This document shows, one piece after another, positions 25,792 through 37,588 of a DNA stretch of 64,000 bases. The notes beneath the pieces were generated by a model. That model saw nothing but the letters and a program-made list of their open reading frames with translations, was not told where the DNA came from and did no database searches. The stretch's first letter is position 1, and the number at the start of each line of letters is the position of its first letter. Origin of the DNA: Phoronis australis (Eukaryota > Animalia > Phoronida); contig NMRA01000141.1 of assembly GCA_002633005.1 (NCBI GenBank), forward strand, positions 793,609 to 857,608, read 5' to 3'. The translations under genes and the position numbers were made by a program.

Positions 25792-28700
25792 ATGGAAGTT
25801 TGTGTTGACTGTGTAGAATCTGCAGTGAATGCTGAAACAGCAGGTATAAAGTTTGTCGTTATAAATGTTGTGCGTCTGCCGTCTGGTTAAAATTAGTCGC
25901 AAACAACTCGACATACTGTACTGACTTGTACTGTCCCTGGCTGAGCAGCTATCTAGCTACGCAACACACAGCCCCTCGGTTGGCTGGTATTCAGGGTGAT
26001 GCAATTGCCAACTGGAGATGGTTGTCACTTTCCACTAATTGACCTATCGCCAGGATTTTGATTGACGGCTGAACTGACCTATTAGAATGCAGAATTCTTG
26101 ACACACCTCCGTTTCCAAGCCGCTATTTTACCCGACAAACAACATGTTGCTGGGTAAAACTTATTGCTTGTTTGTCGACATTTCGCAAAAGGGTATTTTG
26201 CGATAGGTCAATTAGCCAGCCAGATAACTTAATGAAGACTATCGTCAAAATTCAGCTAGGAACCACTGTGTTAAGCTCCAATAGACCTCAAAATTTCGCA
26301 CAATGCCCAGGGAGTCAACCGACACTTAANNNNNNNNNNNNNNNNNNNNNNNNNNNNNNNNNNNNNNNNNNNNNNNNNNNNNNNNNNNNNNNNNNNNNNN
26401 NNNNNNNNNNNNNNNNNNNNNNNNNNNNNNNNNNNNNNNNNNNNNNNNNNNNNNNNNNNNNNNNNNNNNNNNNNNNNNNNNNNNNNNNNNNNNNNNNNNN
26501 NNNNNNNNNNNNNNNNNNNNNNNNNNNNNNNNNNNNNNNNNNNNNNNNNNNNNNNNNNNNNNNNNNNNNNNNNNNNNNNNNNNNNNNNNNNNNNNNNNNN
26601 NNNNNNNNNNNNNNNNNNNNNNNNNNNNNNNNNNNNNNNNNNNNNNNNNNNNNNNNNNNNNNNNNNNNNNNNNNNNNNNNNNNNNNNNNNNNTGTCCTGT
26701 TACGGCGACTTCGTAAGAAATTCGCAGTCAAAGAACAAAAATGTTCACAAAAAGCCCCCACACACGTTCTCCCTAGGCCCGTCGAGGTCAAGGATGGTAC
26801 GGAAATTGCCGCTTTGTCGCGTAAAGTCACGATGTCGCTACTTCCGTTATTCACCGGCAATTTCCGTACCGTCCTTGACCTCGACGGGCCCAGGGAGAAC
26901 GTGTGTGGGGGCTTTTTGTGAACATTTTTGTTCTTTGACTGCGAATTTCTTACGAAGTCGCTGTAACAAGACACTGTGAATGGTATTGGGAGAAAGAACA
27001 ATTCTTCATGGTTTGTTGAACCCCTGTTTTGTGTAAATTTATTGAGTTTTATGTTTGCTATGGACGGCTGAAGTGAAGCACCCGTGGAATTTCTAGTCGG
27101 GAGTGTCCTACCTTGTAGTATTATATGTAGTGTATTGGGGATGATCAGAAGCTGAGGACGCCTGTGGTTGCAGCAGGCGTCCACAGGCAATAGTGTACCC
27201 ACATAAAAAGTTACTCATTTCAAAATACAAGGAAAAACTTCGAATGAAACATGCATATATACACACTGAATTGTAATTAATATACACCATGACTCAACAT
27301 AATCTGTTGTAAACTGTGAACACACTTGCGACAAAAGAAGTGGATTAAAGAGTCACCGAAAACAGAAATTGGCCAACACATGGTGCACTTCATAAGTTCA
27401 AGTTGGCACGTATGATTGTTCTAAAATTTAATGCAGAATAACGGACAAATTCACAGCTTTTCTCACCTTTATCCACTTGAAATTAGTTTACTTTAAAAGG
27501 AAGAGGCTAGTTGTTAATTACATTATTTTTGGATCAAATTTATTTCTGAGTCGCTTCCTTTTTGCCTACATCGATCCACAGTTTTATTTCGGTAAAGCGA
27601 GCTTTGTACCATGGGACTATTCTGTACATGCAAGAAGCTCCTGAAAAAGCAAGATCATTGATTGAAAGGCGAGTGTTTCACGAGTATGCTTGAGATCACT
27701 TGCAACCTCTGCAGTGACACTTGCGACCTCTGCAGTGATTGGTCGGTGAGATTAGAGTGTTGGAAGATTTCTTACTGCAAGTGTTTCGCGAGTGTCTCGA
27801 CTCTATGGAACCACAAATCATTGGCAGCAGATTTGCAACTGCGATGTTTTCCTATGAAATTCCCAGGGGATGTGCTATGCTCTTCTAATGCACAACTGAG
27901 CTTAGCACGTGATATACTTGCTGGAAGTGCAACATGCTGTGACATCAGAAATCGCAAGCGAATGGTGACGGTTTTATTGGCCACTGCTTGTTTGCAAGAT
28001 CACAGATCATTCGCATTGAGCATAATACAGAGTTGGTGGTCCATGTACTATAGTCTATGATGGAGCACAATCCTGGTCCTGGCTTCTAAACTCTTCCACA
28101 GCCCCATCTAGTGAGTCTGGCTGAGATTGCACTTGGGCTGAAAGTAGTGTGCCACAGGCACAAGGATGGTATCCATGGTTAACTTGCCAACTGGACGTTA
28201 TCGCTGTGAGGCGTAGATAACATTCAATAACAATAGGCTGAAAATCACAAAAAAAATAACAATCTGTCTGCAAACTTTTGCTTTTTGTGATGTTCCTTTG
28301 TCAGCCTTGTCTTCTGCAGTGTCTTCACTTATATAAATTTAGGATTACAGTTGGCCTACGTAGATTAATGAAGAAAAAAATTTCTATTCAGTATTTTAGC
28401 AACTTATTGCTCTTGCCAAGTATATGTTGTCCGTTTCATACCATACTTTTCCAGTTTACATGTTTGTTGTTTTAAAAAAGCATAGTTGCCAAAAAGCATT
28501 GTTGGTTGTGGTCTGTTTTTTTGCTAATCGAATCTAAAGATTCGTCTTTTTTTAGTTTCAAACTTTTGCTGACCATTGGTTATGTGCCATGGTGCAGCTT
28601 ATTAAAAAACACAGAACCTTAAGTGAAACTGATGTGTCTGGGCTAGACCTGAACCAATTTTGCTTGTTTGTATTAACAACAATGAGCTTGTTGATTGGAA

Positions 28701-31700
28701 ATTGGACCATCAATTAGTTTGGCCAGTGTACACCAGGGGGCATCATTCATGAGAGCATCATGCATTGCCTGACATCAGTTTTGTTTCATTTTGTTCATAG
28801 GGGCAAGTCGTGTGGAGCTGTGTTCTAACTTGCCTGAAGGGGGCACTACTCCAAGCTTAGGTAAGTTTGGCATCATGTGATATTGGCCTGACAAAATACA
28901 TGTGTTTAAAGCAATTATGTGCACGTGGGTAATTCAGTGGCGGATCTAGGATATCACAAGGGGGGGGGCCCAACTTTTTGTCAGGCTGTAAGCATTTGCG
29001 CAAACTGAACCACGATTGTAGATGCGCATAGCACCGAAGTGNNNNNNNNNNNNNNNNNNNNNNNNNNNNNNNNNNNNNNNNNNNNNNNNNNNNNNNNNNN
29101 NNNNNNNNNNNNNNNNNNNNNNNNNCCCCCCCCTAAATCCGCCTATGTAATTGTGATGCGATTCATATCCTTGTATTTACATTTCATTAGGCAACTGGAC
29201 ACCATCTCCATAGCTGTCATGTACTAAATGGTGCTGTGTGCCCTCAGCTGATTGGTGCATCAGTCTGTTCTCTGCTGCTAATATCCAACACCTCTGGCTA
29301 TAGTCTTGATGTGAGCTCATTGTCTGAAAATAATCAAAACTTATATTGGTTTTGGGTAAGGTATTGAATGCACATTTTTTGTGATTCCTCGTTTTGATGT
29401 GGTACTGATTAAAGCAGCACAATTTTCCCAGTTTAGATGGCTAAGAAACCAAACTTGAATTACTATGATAGGGTTCTGTTTCTGTTATCAACAAGAACAC
29501 CGAAAACTCAGTCTATGACTCAAGAAAACTTAAAACTGTGAAATGCAACTCAGGTCACAGGCAATGCGCCATTTTAACATTTCTTAATTCTAGAGTTCTG
29601 TAACTTGAGTTGCTTTCCCTGTTTTAAGGTTTCCTGAGTTGCTGATGGTTTCCATGGAGAATGTTTGAGGATCAGTTTTGTGAGAGTAAAAGGCCTTAAT
29701 TTCATTTTCATTTTTGGCAGTATAAACAGAGTGAAATGCAGCTTAAATGGATTCACATATTTCCTGCACTTCTACTTGCTTGCGGAAAAGGAAAATCAGT
29801 GTTGAGTAATAGGAAATGGTGTTAATTAACAAATATAAACTTTAAAGCAGTTCTACAAATTAGGAGGGTTGAAATTTTCTATTTTCTTCTAAGTTCATTA
29901 CTGTACTGAAGGAATGGTTTTACAAGGCCATGTATAATTTATACTGAAAGTGGCATTCAAAGCGTTAGCATCTAAGTGTGAATTTGATGAATACATTACG
30001 CAATTTTTATTTCTGTGACTCCTTTTAAGCCAGTCTTAGACAAGTTTTTTCTGCAGTTTCTTGAAAATTCTCAATGTTTCAAAAAATGTGTGCAATATCC
30101 TGGAAATTATGTTGTAGGAAATTGCTGAAAAAAACATTTGCAATTTCTCAGGATGGCTTTATACCAGCCCTGTACAATGTGGTAATATTGACTTGTGTTG
30201 CATCTGTATTCTTGGCTTTGTTTTCCTTCAGGAATGTTGCAAGTCATCAAAAGTAAAGTTAAGATTCCTGTCATGGTTATGATCAGGCCTCGTGGCGGTG
30301 ATTTCCTTTATAATGAGAACGAATTTGAAGTTATGAAGAGAGATATTGAGTTGCTGTCCGACAGCCATGCCGATGGTTTTGTTTTTGGCATTCTAAAACA
30401 GTAAGTTTTGCTGTGATGGCATGTACATAATTATACAATCATTTTGTTTCTGTTCACCTACCCGTCTAGCAAATGGATCGATGTTTGCCATGTTTGACTT
30501 TCTTATTAAATTATTGAAGAGAGAAATGCCTGTTTTTGTACAATTAGCACTGCGCATCTGTGGCAATTTCACTTCCTTAAAGATTCAAATGACAACTAAC
30601 TTCTTTAGAAGTTGGATTCATTATAAAAATGTGATAACAGTGCTTTCAAAATTGAAAATGGCTATTTCTAATCTTCAAATTTTCAACATCTATGCATTCA
30701 ATCCAGGGTACTATGTTTATGACAGGGTGCAGCTGGAAAATCATGGTACCCACCCATTTGGGGAGTTTACTCAAAAATAGGGACACAATTTTAGGGAGCT
30801 TCCATTAAAATCCACCATCTGAAGGCTTTTGTTCCAGAATCTCGACACGGTATTGGGTTAGTTCCAAAAGTCTAACCCGTCCTTAGGCATTCTTGGTCAA
30901 TTTTTAACCATTTAGTTTTACACTCCCCAGTCATTGGCCATTCTCATGAGATGAAACAGAACCGCGCTTCCAGAAAAAACAATGTAAAGTCTTATACAAT
31001 CCATCGCTTAACTCAATTGCATTTCGGTTATATTGCGACAATTTGTGCTTTGAAGGTCTGCACGGATTGTTGCAGTTTGGGGACTGTAACAATTTTTGCA
31101 GATGCGACAGATTGTAGTCTAACACAGCATCGCCAATACAAAGAGATATAAAAATTACTGTTTGGTCAGGTTGTGATGTAATTTTTTGATTCTAAGAGAG
31201 TTCCTTCATGATACATTAACTGCTGGTCAATGCTTTGGATACAAAAACGTGCAAGAGCAATGACTTCGGAATATCATTATCCTGAAATCACATACTGCCA
31301 TGGTCACTGCTGGTCACTATCAAGTATCGAAATTATCACACTCAGCATTCCAATGCCAACAAAAAGTTAGCTTTTTATATTTTAGAAGTGCACTGTTAAT
31401 CCAATTTGAAAGATGTTTGACAAGCTAGACATGTATCTGTGACTGACTGTAATGCGTCATGAATCTATTCTTGCACAATGACACAACTCAAAAATGCTTG
31501 ACATTTCTAAACCAAGGTATGTCAAACAACTACATTTTTCATGCCAATGTAAGAACAAACCTCAACCCAGGTTGTAGCTGTTGGCATACCCTGTTTAAAA
31601 TTACTTAGTGATTATTATTATTTTGGCTGAAATATAAGAGTCCCAAATTTTATAAGGGCTGTTCCAGCAAAATCTGTATGGGAGGGGGGGGAAGGCACTT

Positions 31701-34700
31701 TTATTTCGTACCCACCGCCCATATTTTTCATTTATTTCTCCAACCCATGACCCATAATTTTTTTTTATTTATTTATTAGGTTAAAATATAAAATCCAACA
31801 CTTGCAAACAAATTGCCTCCAGGAGTACCTGTTAAGAACTTAGATGATTGACAGACAAGAACTAGTTGTCTTGTCCAACATTGTCAAAAATTAAAGTAGC
31901 CTGTGAACAATACTTTTGGCAGCCACCAGGTGTCTCTGTTCACCATGTGTCTATAATTTCAATGAACATTTTTNGACTGTAACAATTTTTGCAGATGCGA
32001 CAGATTGTAGTCTAACACAGCATCGCCAATACAAAGAGATATAAAAATTACTGTTTGGTCAGGTTGTGATGTAATTTTTTGATTCTAAGAGAGTTCCTTC
32101 ATGATACATTAACTGCTGGTCAATGCTTTGGATACAAAAACGTGCAAGAGCAATGACTTCGGAATATCATTATCCTGAAATCACATACTGCCATGGTCAC
32201 TGCTGGTCACTATCAAGTATTGAAATTATCACACTCAGCATTCCAATGCCAACAAAAAGTTAGCTTTTTATATTTTAGAAGTGCACTGTTAATCCAATTT
32301 GAAAGATGTTTGACAAGCTAGACATGTATATGTGACTGACTGTAATGCGTCATGAATCTGTTCTTGCACAATGACACAACTCAAAAATGCTTGACATTTC
32401 TAAACCAAGGTATGTCGAACAACTACATTTTTCATGCCAATGTAAGAACAAACCTCAACCCAGGTTGGAGCTGTTGGCATACCCTGTTTAAAATTGCTTA
32501 GTGATTATTATTATTTTGGATGAAATATAAGAGTCCCAAATTTTATAACTAGAGAGTGTCCGAAATTGGAAACTTTTTACTGCAATGTGTTTTTAGTTTG
32601 AGCTGATTAAAGTGCCGTTACAATTGTTGTAGGGACGGTTCAGTTGACAAGGAAAGGTGCAAAATTCTTCTTGGTAAGTACCTTTGATGTAACGATTCTC
32701 AAATGACGGGATGTAATAGAAACACAATTGTTTGGTAACAATATGATGAAAGAAAAATATTAACCTAGTTTGCAATTTTGACATTCCAATGATCTTTTCT
32801 CATGATTTTTTTGCTTACTATGTTTAGTGCTTTTCACTTTATGATATATCCCTGCTGCAAAATTGTTTCAGTACTTGTTTGCCAACATTTTTAGTCATTA
32901 CAGTTTTACTGTTAAGTGTCTGATTAAATCCTCTAAACTCAAGTGAAAAGTAAGGGCTGTTCCAGTAAAATCCGTGTGGGAGGGGGGGGACAGCAGCAGA
33001 AATAAAAATTCATGGGTGGTGGTCTTCAGAAAAAAACTCAAATTATGGGTGGTCGTTCCTGTAATAAGTGATGCATTAAAAATGGGTGGTATTTTTTGAC
33101 CTGTTAATGTCGATAGGTTGGTTACTTCAGCAGTAAAAACTCAAAAATAAATGCAATTGTCCTAACTTATCCAAATACAAAAAAGCCCATATTGCCAGTG
33201 AACAGAGTGCAATATGTTCACTAAGCCATTAATCAAGTCATGGGCAACTCGATTTGAGCCAACTGTTTGTCTGCAGTCCTATTGAATTGAAAAGTTATGC
33301 AACACTGAACTGGTGTTAACACATATAAGAAAATTGATGATTTTTAAATAAAAAGTATGAGGAGTAAGATAAACAAGTTCCAATATTCACTTGACATAGA
33401 AGTATAGAAGAGTTCGTGGAGACAGTTTGAGATTCATAGATCCTTATAAATGAAAAAATGTTCATTGAAATTATAGACACATGGNACGGATTTTACTGGA
33501 ACAGCCCTAACTAGAGAGTGTCCGAAATTGGAAACTTATTACTGCAATGTGTTTTTAGTTTGAGCTGATTAAAGTGCCGTTACAATTGTTGTAGGGACGG
33601 TTCAGTTGACAAGGAAAGGTGCAAAATTCTTCTTGGTAAGTACCTTTGATGTAACGATTCTCAAATGACGGGATATAATAGAAACACAATTGTTTGGTAA
33701 CAAAATGATGAAAGAAAAATATTAACCTAGTTTGCAATTTTGACCTTCCAATGATCTTTTCTCATGATTTTTTGCTTACTGTGTTTAGTGCTTTTCACTT
33801 TATGATATATCCCTGCTGCAAAATTGTTTCAGTACTTGTTTGCCAACATTTTTAGTCATTACAGTTTTGAAAATGCAATTACTGTTAAGCGTCTGATTAA
33901 ATCCTCTAAACTCGAGTGAAAAGTAAGGTAATTGATGTTGACGCATCATTTTGAGAAATCCTGTTCTTATGTACTTAAAAATATTTAAAGTGCAGTTGAA
34001 TGTGTAATACTGTTATGTAGGTAGAGTACAAGACAAAAGGATTCGGACAATACACCATTTCCGTGTCACGGCGGATTATTATGTCAACAGCAAAAATTAC
34101 TTGTATTAACTATTATCGCAGCAAAATGTCTAATTACATAATACCTTAGTCTCGTTAATGATATTTACTTTCATGTTAATTCTCCTTGAAGTACATTCTC
34201 AGAAGACTGCTCCTTCCAGGCCGTCATGACAGGGGAATTCCGTTGTATTTTGTCTTCTTTTGGGTGGCAATGAAGCTAGTACTCAGTTGTCTGGAGGACA
34301 GTGGTGACCAGCTACTCTGTGAAGCACAGCACGCCTTAGTCACTCAGAGCCATTCTACAGTCGTCATTCAGAGTATCTTGTTCTGAGTTTCATGTTAAGT
34401 ATCTGCTTGAAGTCTTTTAGAAAGATTCTGCCCAGTTGCTTTAACTTCTAATGAAATATTACTTATTTTGAAGATATGGCCAAGCCTAAGCAGACAACAT
34501 TCCACCGAGGTGAGTGTAAACTGAACAATTTATAATATTTGGGCATGTAATCACAGTTTTACTGAAACATCTCGGACTAACAATTTTATCATTCCACTGT
34601 GTAACTACTATATTGCGGCATATCATTTTGTTGCAAATTGCATTTCCCATGCTCATTAGACAAAAGATTGTTTGCTAATCACAATAAATAAACTGCGACA

Positions 34701-37588
34701 ACTTGATTGCATCCTTATTCTAGAACATTCATTTAATTACAGATATCATAATTCACATTTCATTCTTTGCCAGGATTGGTTTTCATTAAAAAAACTGTTT
34801 ACTACATCAGATTCTGTGGTTTTAAAAACTGACTTGTGTTGTTTTTCAGTGTAATTAGATTCAACTTTTAATAATAGGACCGTATGATACTACTAAATTT
34901 TTGCATTAACTACTAGTAATGCAAGATGATCATTTAATGTTATAATGACTGCTACATCAGCTTGTTACAAGTGTCCAACTTTGAAGGAAGATGAAATAAG
35001 AATGAAACAGTTTATTATGCCACAAATATATTGTATGAGCTCCATTTCGATCACAATACCATAGAAAACAAGAAGTGTTAACTTTCCGTATTTCGCAACT
35101 TAATTTTTTTTGATCGTCACAAATAGACACTTGTCATTGTATGAAATGGGCTGTTCTTAGGTAGTAACCATATTACAGTGATCAGTTTACCTCTAATGAC
35201 AACTTGTCATGGGTGAAATAACTTCTACAAATTGAAAGTGAGATATTAAATACAATAATTACTTCATGTTATTGGCAAGTCTGAGAGAGTGTGGTATACA
35301 TAACAATGACTTCAGTTTGCTGGCGGGTCTCGTAGCCTAAAGTGTGATTTCTTTAAATGCAATGACTAGAGGTTGCTGGAGTATCTTTCAGAAAGTGAAA
35401 TATCATTAAATACAATCATTGCTGGAGAGTCTCTCAAAAAGCTTCTCTAGAGTTATTCAAGAGCTAAATAGGCAGTGTGGCCTAGTGTGATAAATTACTG
35501 CTTCCCTCACTCAAGGTCATGGTTCGAGTCCCACTGGGGCACACTGCTAGACCCTTGAGTCAAGTCTCTAGCTCCTCAGCTCGGTTTTAACTATTAATAT
35601 GTATTAAAACATAAAATTGGTTACAGCCAGATGATCAGTGCAATGTGCTCACATGCGCGTCCTGTACAAGTTGTACCAGACTGCCTGCAATTATTTTTAT
35701 TATTCAAGAGATATTATCTCGGTACTTTTTAGATATGGTTTGATGTCTTTACCAGACTGCTACCTGCGACTCAGTACTGCACCAACTCAATCATTCCAAC
35801 AAGATTGTTTGTAATTTTCTATAAGTCTTGTAAGACTTAGCAGCAAGTGTTTTCCTCTCTTCATTTTCTACCGCTCTACCGAAAAAGAATGAACATCGAT
35901 TCCTGCCTTTCCTTCCACAGCATTTGATATGACACAGCATTGGGAGCAAAGTTTGGAGGACATTATTCATCTAGGCTTTGACCGTCTGCTGACCAGTGGT
36001 CAGGCGGCCAGTGTTCCGGAAGGACTTGACCTCATTTCAAACATTGTCCAACAAGTAAGTCAACGTTTATCTCAAGGACCTTTTTAGCATGTTTTTTGAA
36101 ACATTTCAGTTTTACCAACATAACAATGAACAGTCAATCACCCAAATGGACGAATTGTTTGGTGAACAAGCTAAAGCATATGACATCAATATAATTAGTT
36201 GTTCAAAGTAAAACTCAGAAAAGTGTTTGCTTAAAGAGCGAAGCAAATTTTTTGGTGATTTCTTTTCAAACAGGCAATACTAATCTCTGGTTTTCTTAGA
36301 CAAACATTTTCAGTGTTAATTGTAATCGTCTCGTTGCCTTCAGTAGCATTAGAATAGTGACATAAATGGCCCGGCATAAGACTCCTATCTTGTGTATGCA
36401 TTCATTTCCATTGAGCAAACGCTATGACTGTCTTGCTGCTGAATAGTCTGTGTCAGTCATTGTAAGTATTTGTTCAATGGTAGTGCATTCACACACCAAG
36501 CTGCTGGCCTTTTGCCAGACTATCAGTTTCTTGAAACAGGACTCTTGTCTTGGATGTGCAAAGTAATTAAATGCAGGTTTCCTTCTGATTACTCTATTCA
36601 TTCATAGAATATGTTGTTAAGAATTCATTTTTGTCAGGGCTGTTTTATGTTCTTTGTAGACTTGTAAATTTTCTGTTTTTATTTTTATAGGCAAAAAACC
36701 GAATCATAATAATGCCTGGTGAGTCTGTGCTTATTGCACTATTTTGAAGTTGTTGTGAGTGTGTGTGTGTGTCTATTAATTGGCACCTTTCTACATCTTT
36801 TACAGTTACCACTAAAAATCCACATGAATTTATTTTAATTTTATAGAAACTTTAAATCTACTACAAACCTGCCTTCCGTCAAAAAGTGGCTTTTAATTTA
36901 GACGACTTTATACAGTTAAGAAGTGGACATTAACTTGTTTCATACCCAAGTGAGAATTGCTCTTTATTGCTTTAGAACATGCTTAGCACATACATGTAAC
37001 ATACATTAGGCCTACTTGTTTGGCATGGTCGCAAGCAATACTGAACTGTCACTTTGTTTCAACACCAACAACCATATCTTGAATGAGTAAGGAACAAACT
37101 GATTACAGTTTGCAGCTATGGTAAGTGGTTGGAGTAAACGGTTTGTTTCTATGACTAAATGCGGGTTTGTATTTAACTTTGATATTGCAAGCGCCTTAGT
37201 TTAAAAAGCCATGATCACATATGTAGAGAGGAACCCTCCTTGGCTTCTTTTCAAATCACGCCATCTTGACATTAAAAATAAATCTAAGCGAGTTACATTT
37301 TTTGTGTCAGTAATTTATCATGCTGTTTTCAGTTATGAACAGCAATGTTACTTTCTTGACTTTACAGGTGGTGGAATAAATACAGGGAATTTAAAGCACA
37401 TTTTACAAAGAACTGGTGCCCCAGAGTTCCACTGTTCAGCCCGAAGACCCAAAGATTCTCAAATGTCATTCCACAACCCTAATGTTTCCATGGGAACAGC
37501 ATCTTCTGAATACTTAATAAAAGTTGTGGACTCTAGTTTGGTGGAGGAATTGCTGAGCATTGCTTCTGAAGTCTGGAATTCTGCCTGA
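25792..37588 (+). CDS. CUTC: Copper homeostasis protein CutC homolog, ~246 aa
   Basis: Exons 25792-25843 MEVCVDCVESAVNAETAG, 28801-28860 ASRVELCSNLPEGGTTPSLG, 30232-30400 ...VMIRPRGGDFLY...GFVFGILK, 32633-32673 (duplicate 33595-33635) DGSVDKERCKILL, 34474-34509 ...TFHR, 35921-36054 AFD...GFDRLLTSGQ, 36691-36718 ...IMP, 37368-37588 GGGIN...EFHCSAR. 741 nt in frame using one copy of exon 4. Confidence 0.96.
25957..27300 (+). mobile_element. Composite foldback repeat (family C plus start of family B) spanning an N gap in CUTC intron 1
   Basis: Internal ~260-bp near-perfect hairpin 26705-26961. Module 26940-27170 (...AGAAAGAACAATTC...GAAGCACCCG...GATCAGAAGCTGAGGACGCCTGTGG) recurs at 52200-52452 and 56750-56987. 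Confidence 0.7.
28935..29147. mobile_element. hAT-like MITE with 5-bp TSD (TAATT); internal N gap
   Basis: Termini CAGTGGCGGATCTAGG ... CCTAAATCCGCCTATG, flanked by TAATT on both sides. Confidence 0.75.
31656..31973. mobile_element. PIF/Harbinger-like MITE, left part (right end at 33486-33507)
   Basis: TAA|GGGCTGTTCCAGCAAAATCTGTATGGGAGGGGG; matching end ...TTTTACTGGAACAGCCC|TAA at 33507; empty site TTTTATAACTAGAG at 32541-32554. Confidence 0.8.
32954..33484. mobile_element. Second insertion of the same Harbinger-like MITE, in opposite orientation
   Basis: TAA|GGGCTGTTCCAGTAAAATCCGTGTGGGAGGGGG; empty site GAAAAGTAAGGTAA at ~33918-33931. Its last ~30 nt are the reverse complement of 31942-31973. 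Confidence 0.8.
35470..35580 (+). mobile_element. Degenerate tRNA-derived SINE head
   Basis: A-box-like TGGCCTAGTG (~35478), B-box GGTTCGAGTCC (35521), followed by a CCTTGAG-CAAG core-like motif. No intact cloverleaf. Confidence 0.55.

Larger units (their letters stand above)
31083..33927. repeat. Interleaved duplicated segments around CUTC exon 4 (two probable haplotypes joined at N31974 and N33485)
   Basis: 31083-31655 is nearly identical to 31975-32548, and 32546-32953 to 33508-33926. The copies differ by scattered SNPs and by presence or absence of MITE insertions. Confidence 0.85.

Noticed and set aside
26172-27202. Long 249- and 295-aa ORFs
   Set aside because: They are open only because of the N gap; the flanks are non-coding foldback repeat.
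32633-33635. Mutually exclusive duplicated CUTC exon 4
   Set aside because: The two exon copies are identical and separated by single-N joins; an uncollapsed haplotype explains them better.
35470-35560. Functional tRNA gene
   Set aside because: A and B boxes are present, but there is no convincing acceptor or anticodon stem. It looks like a SINE remnant.
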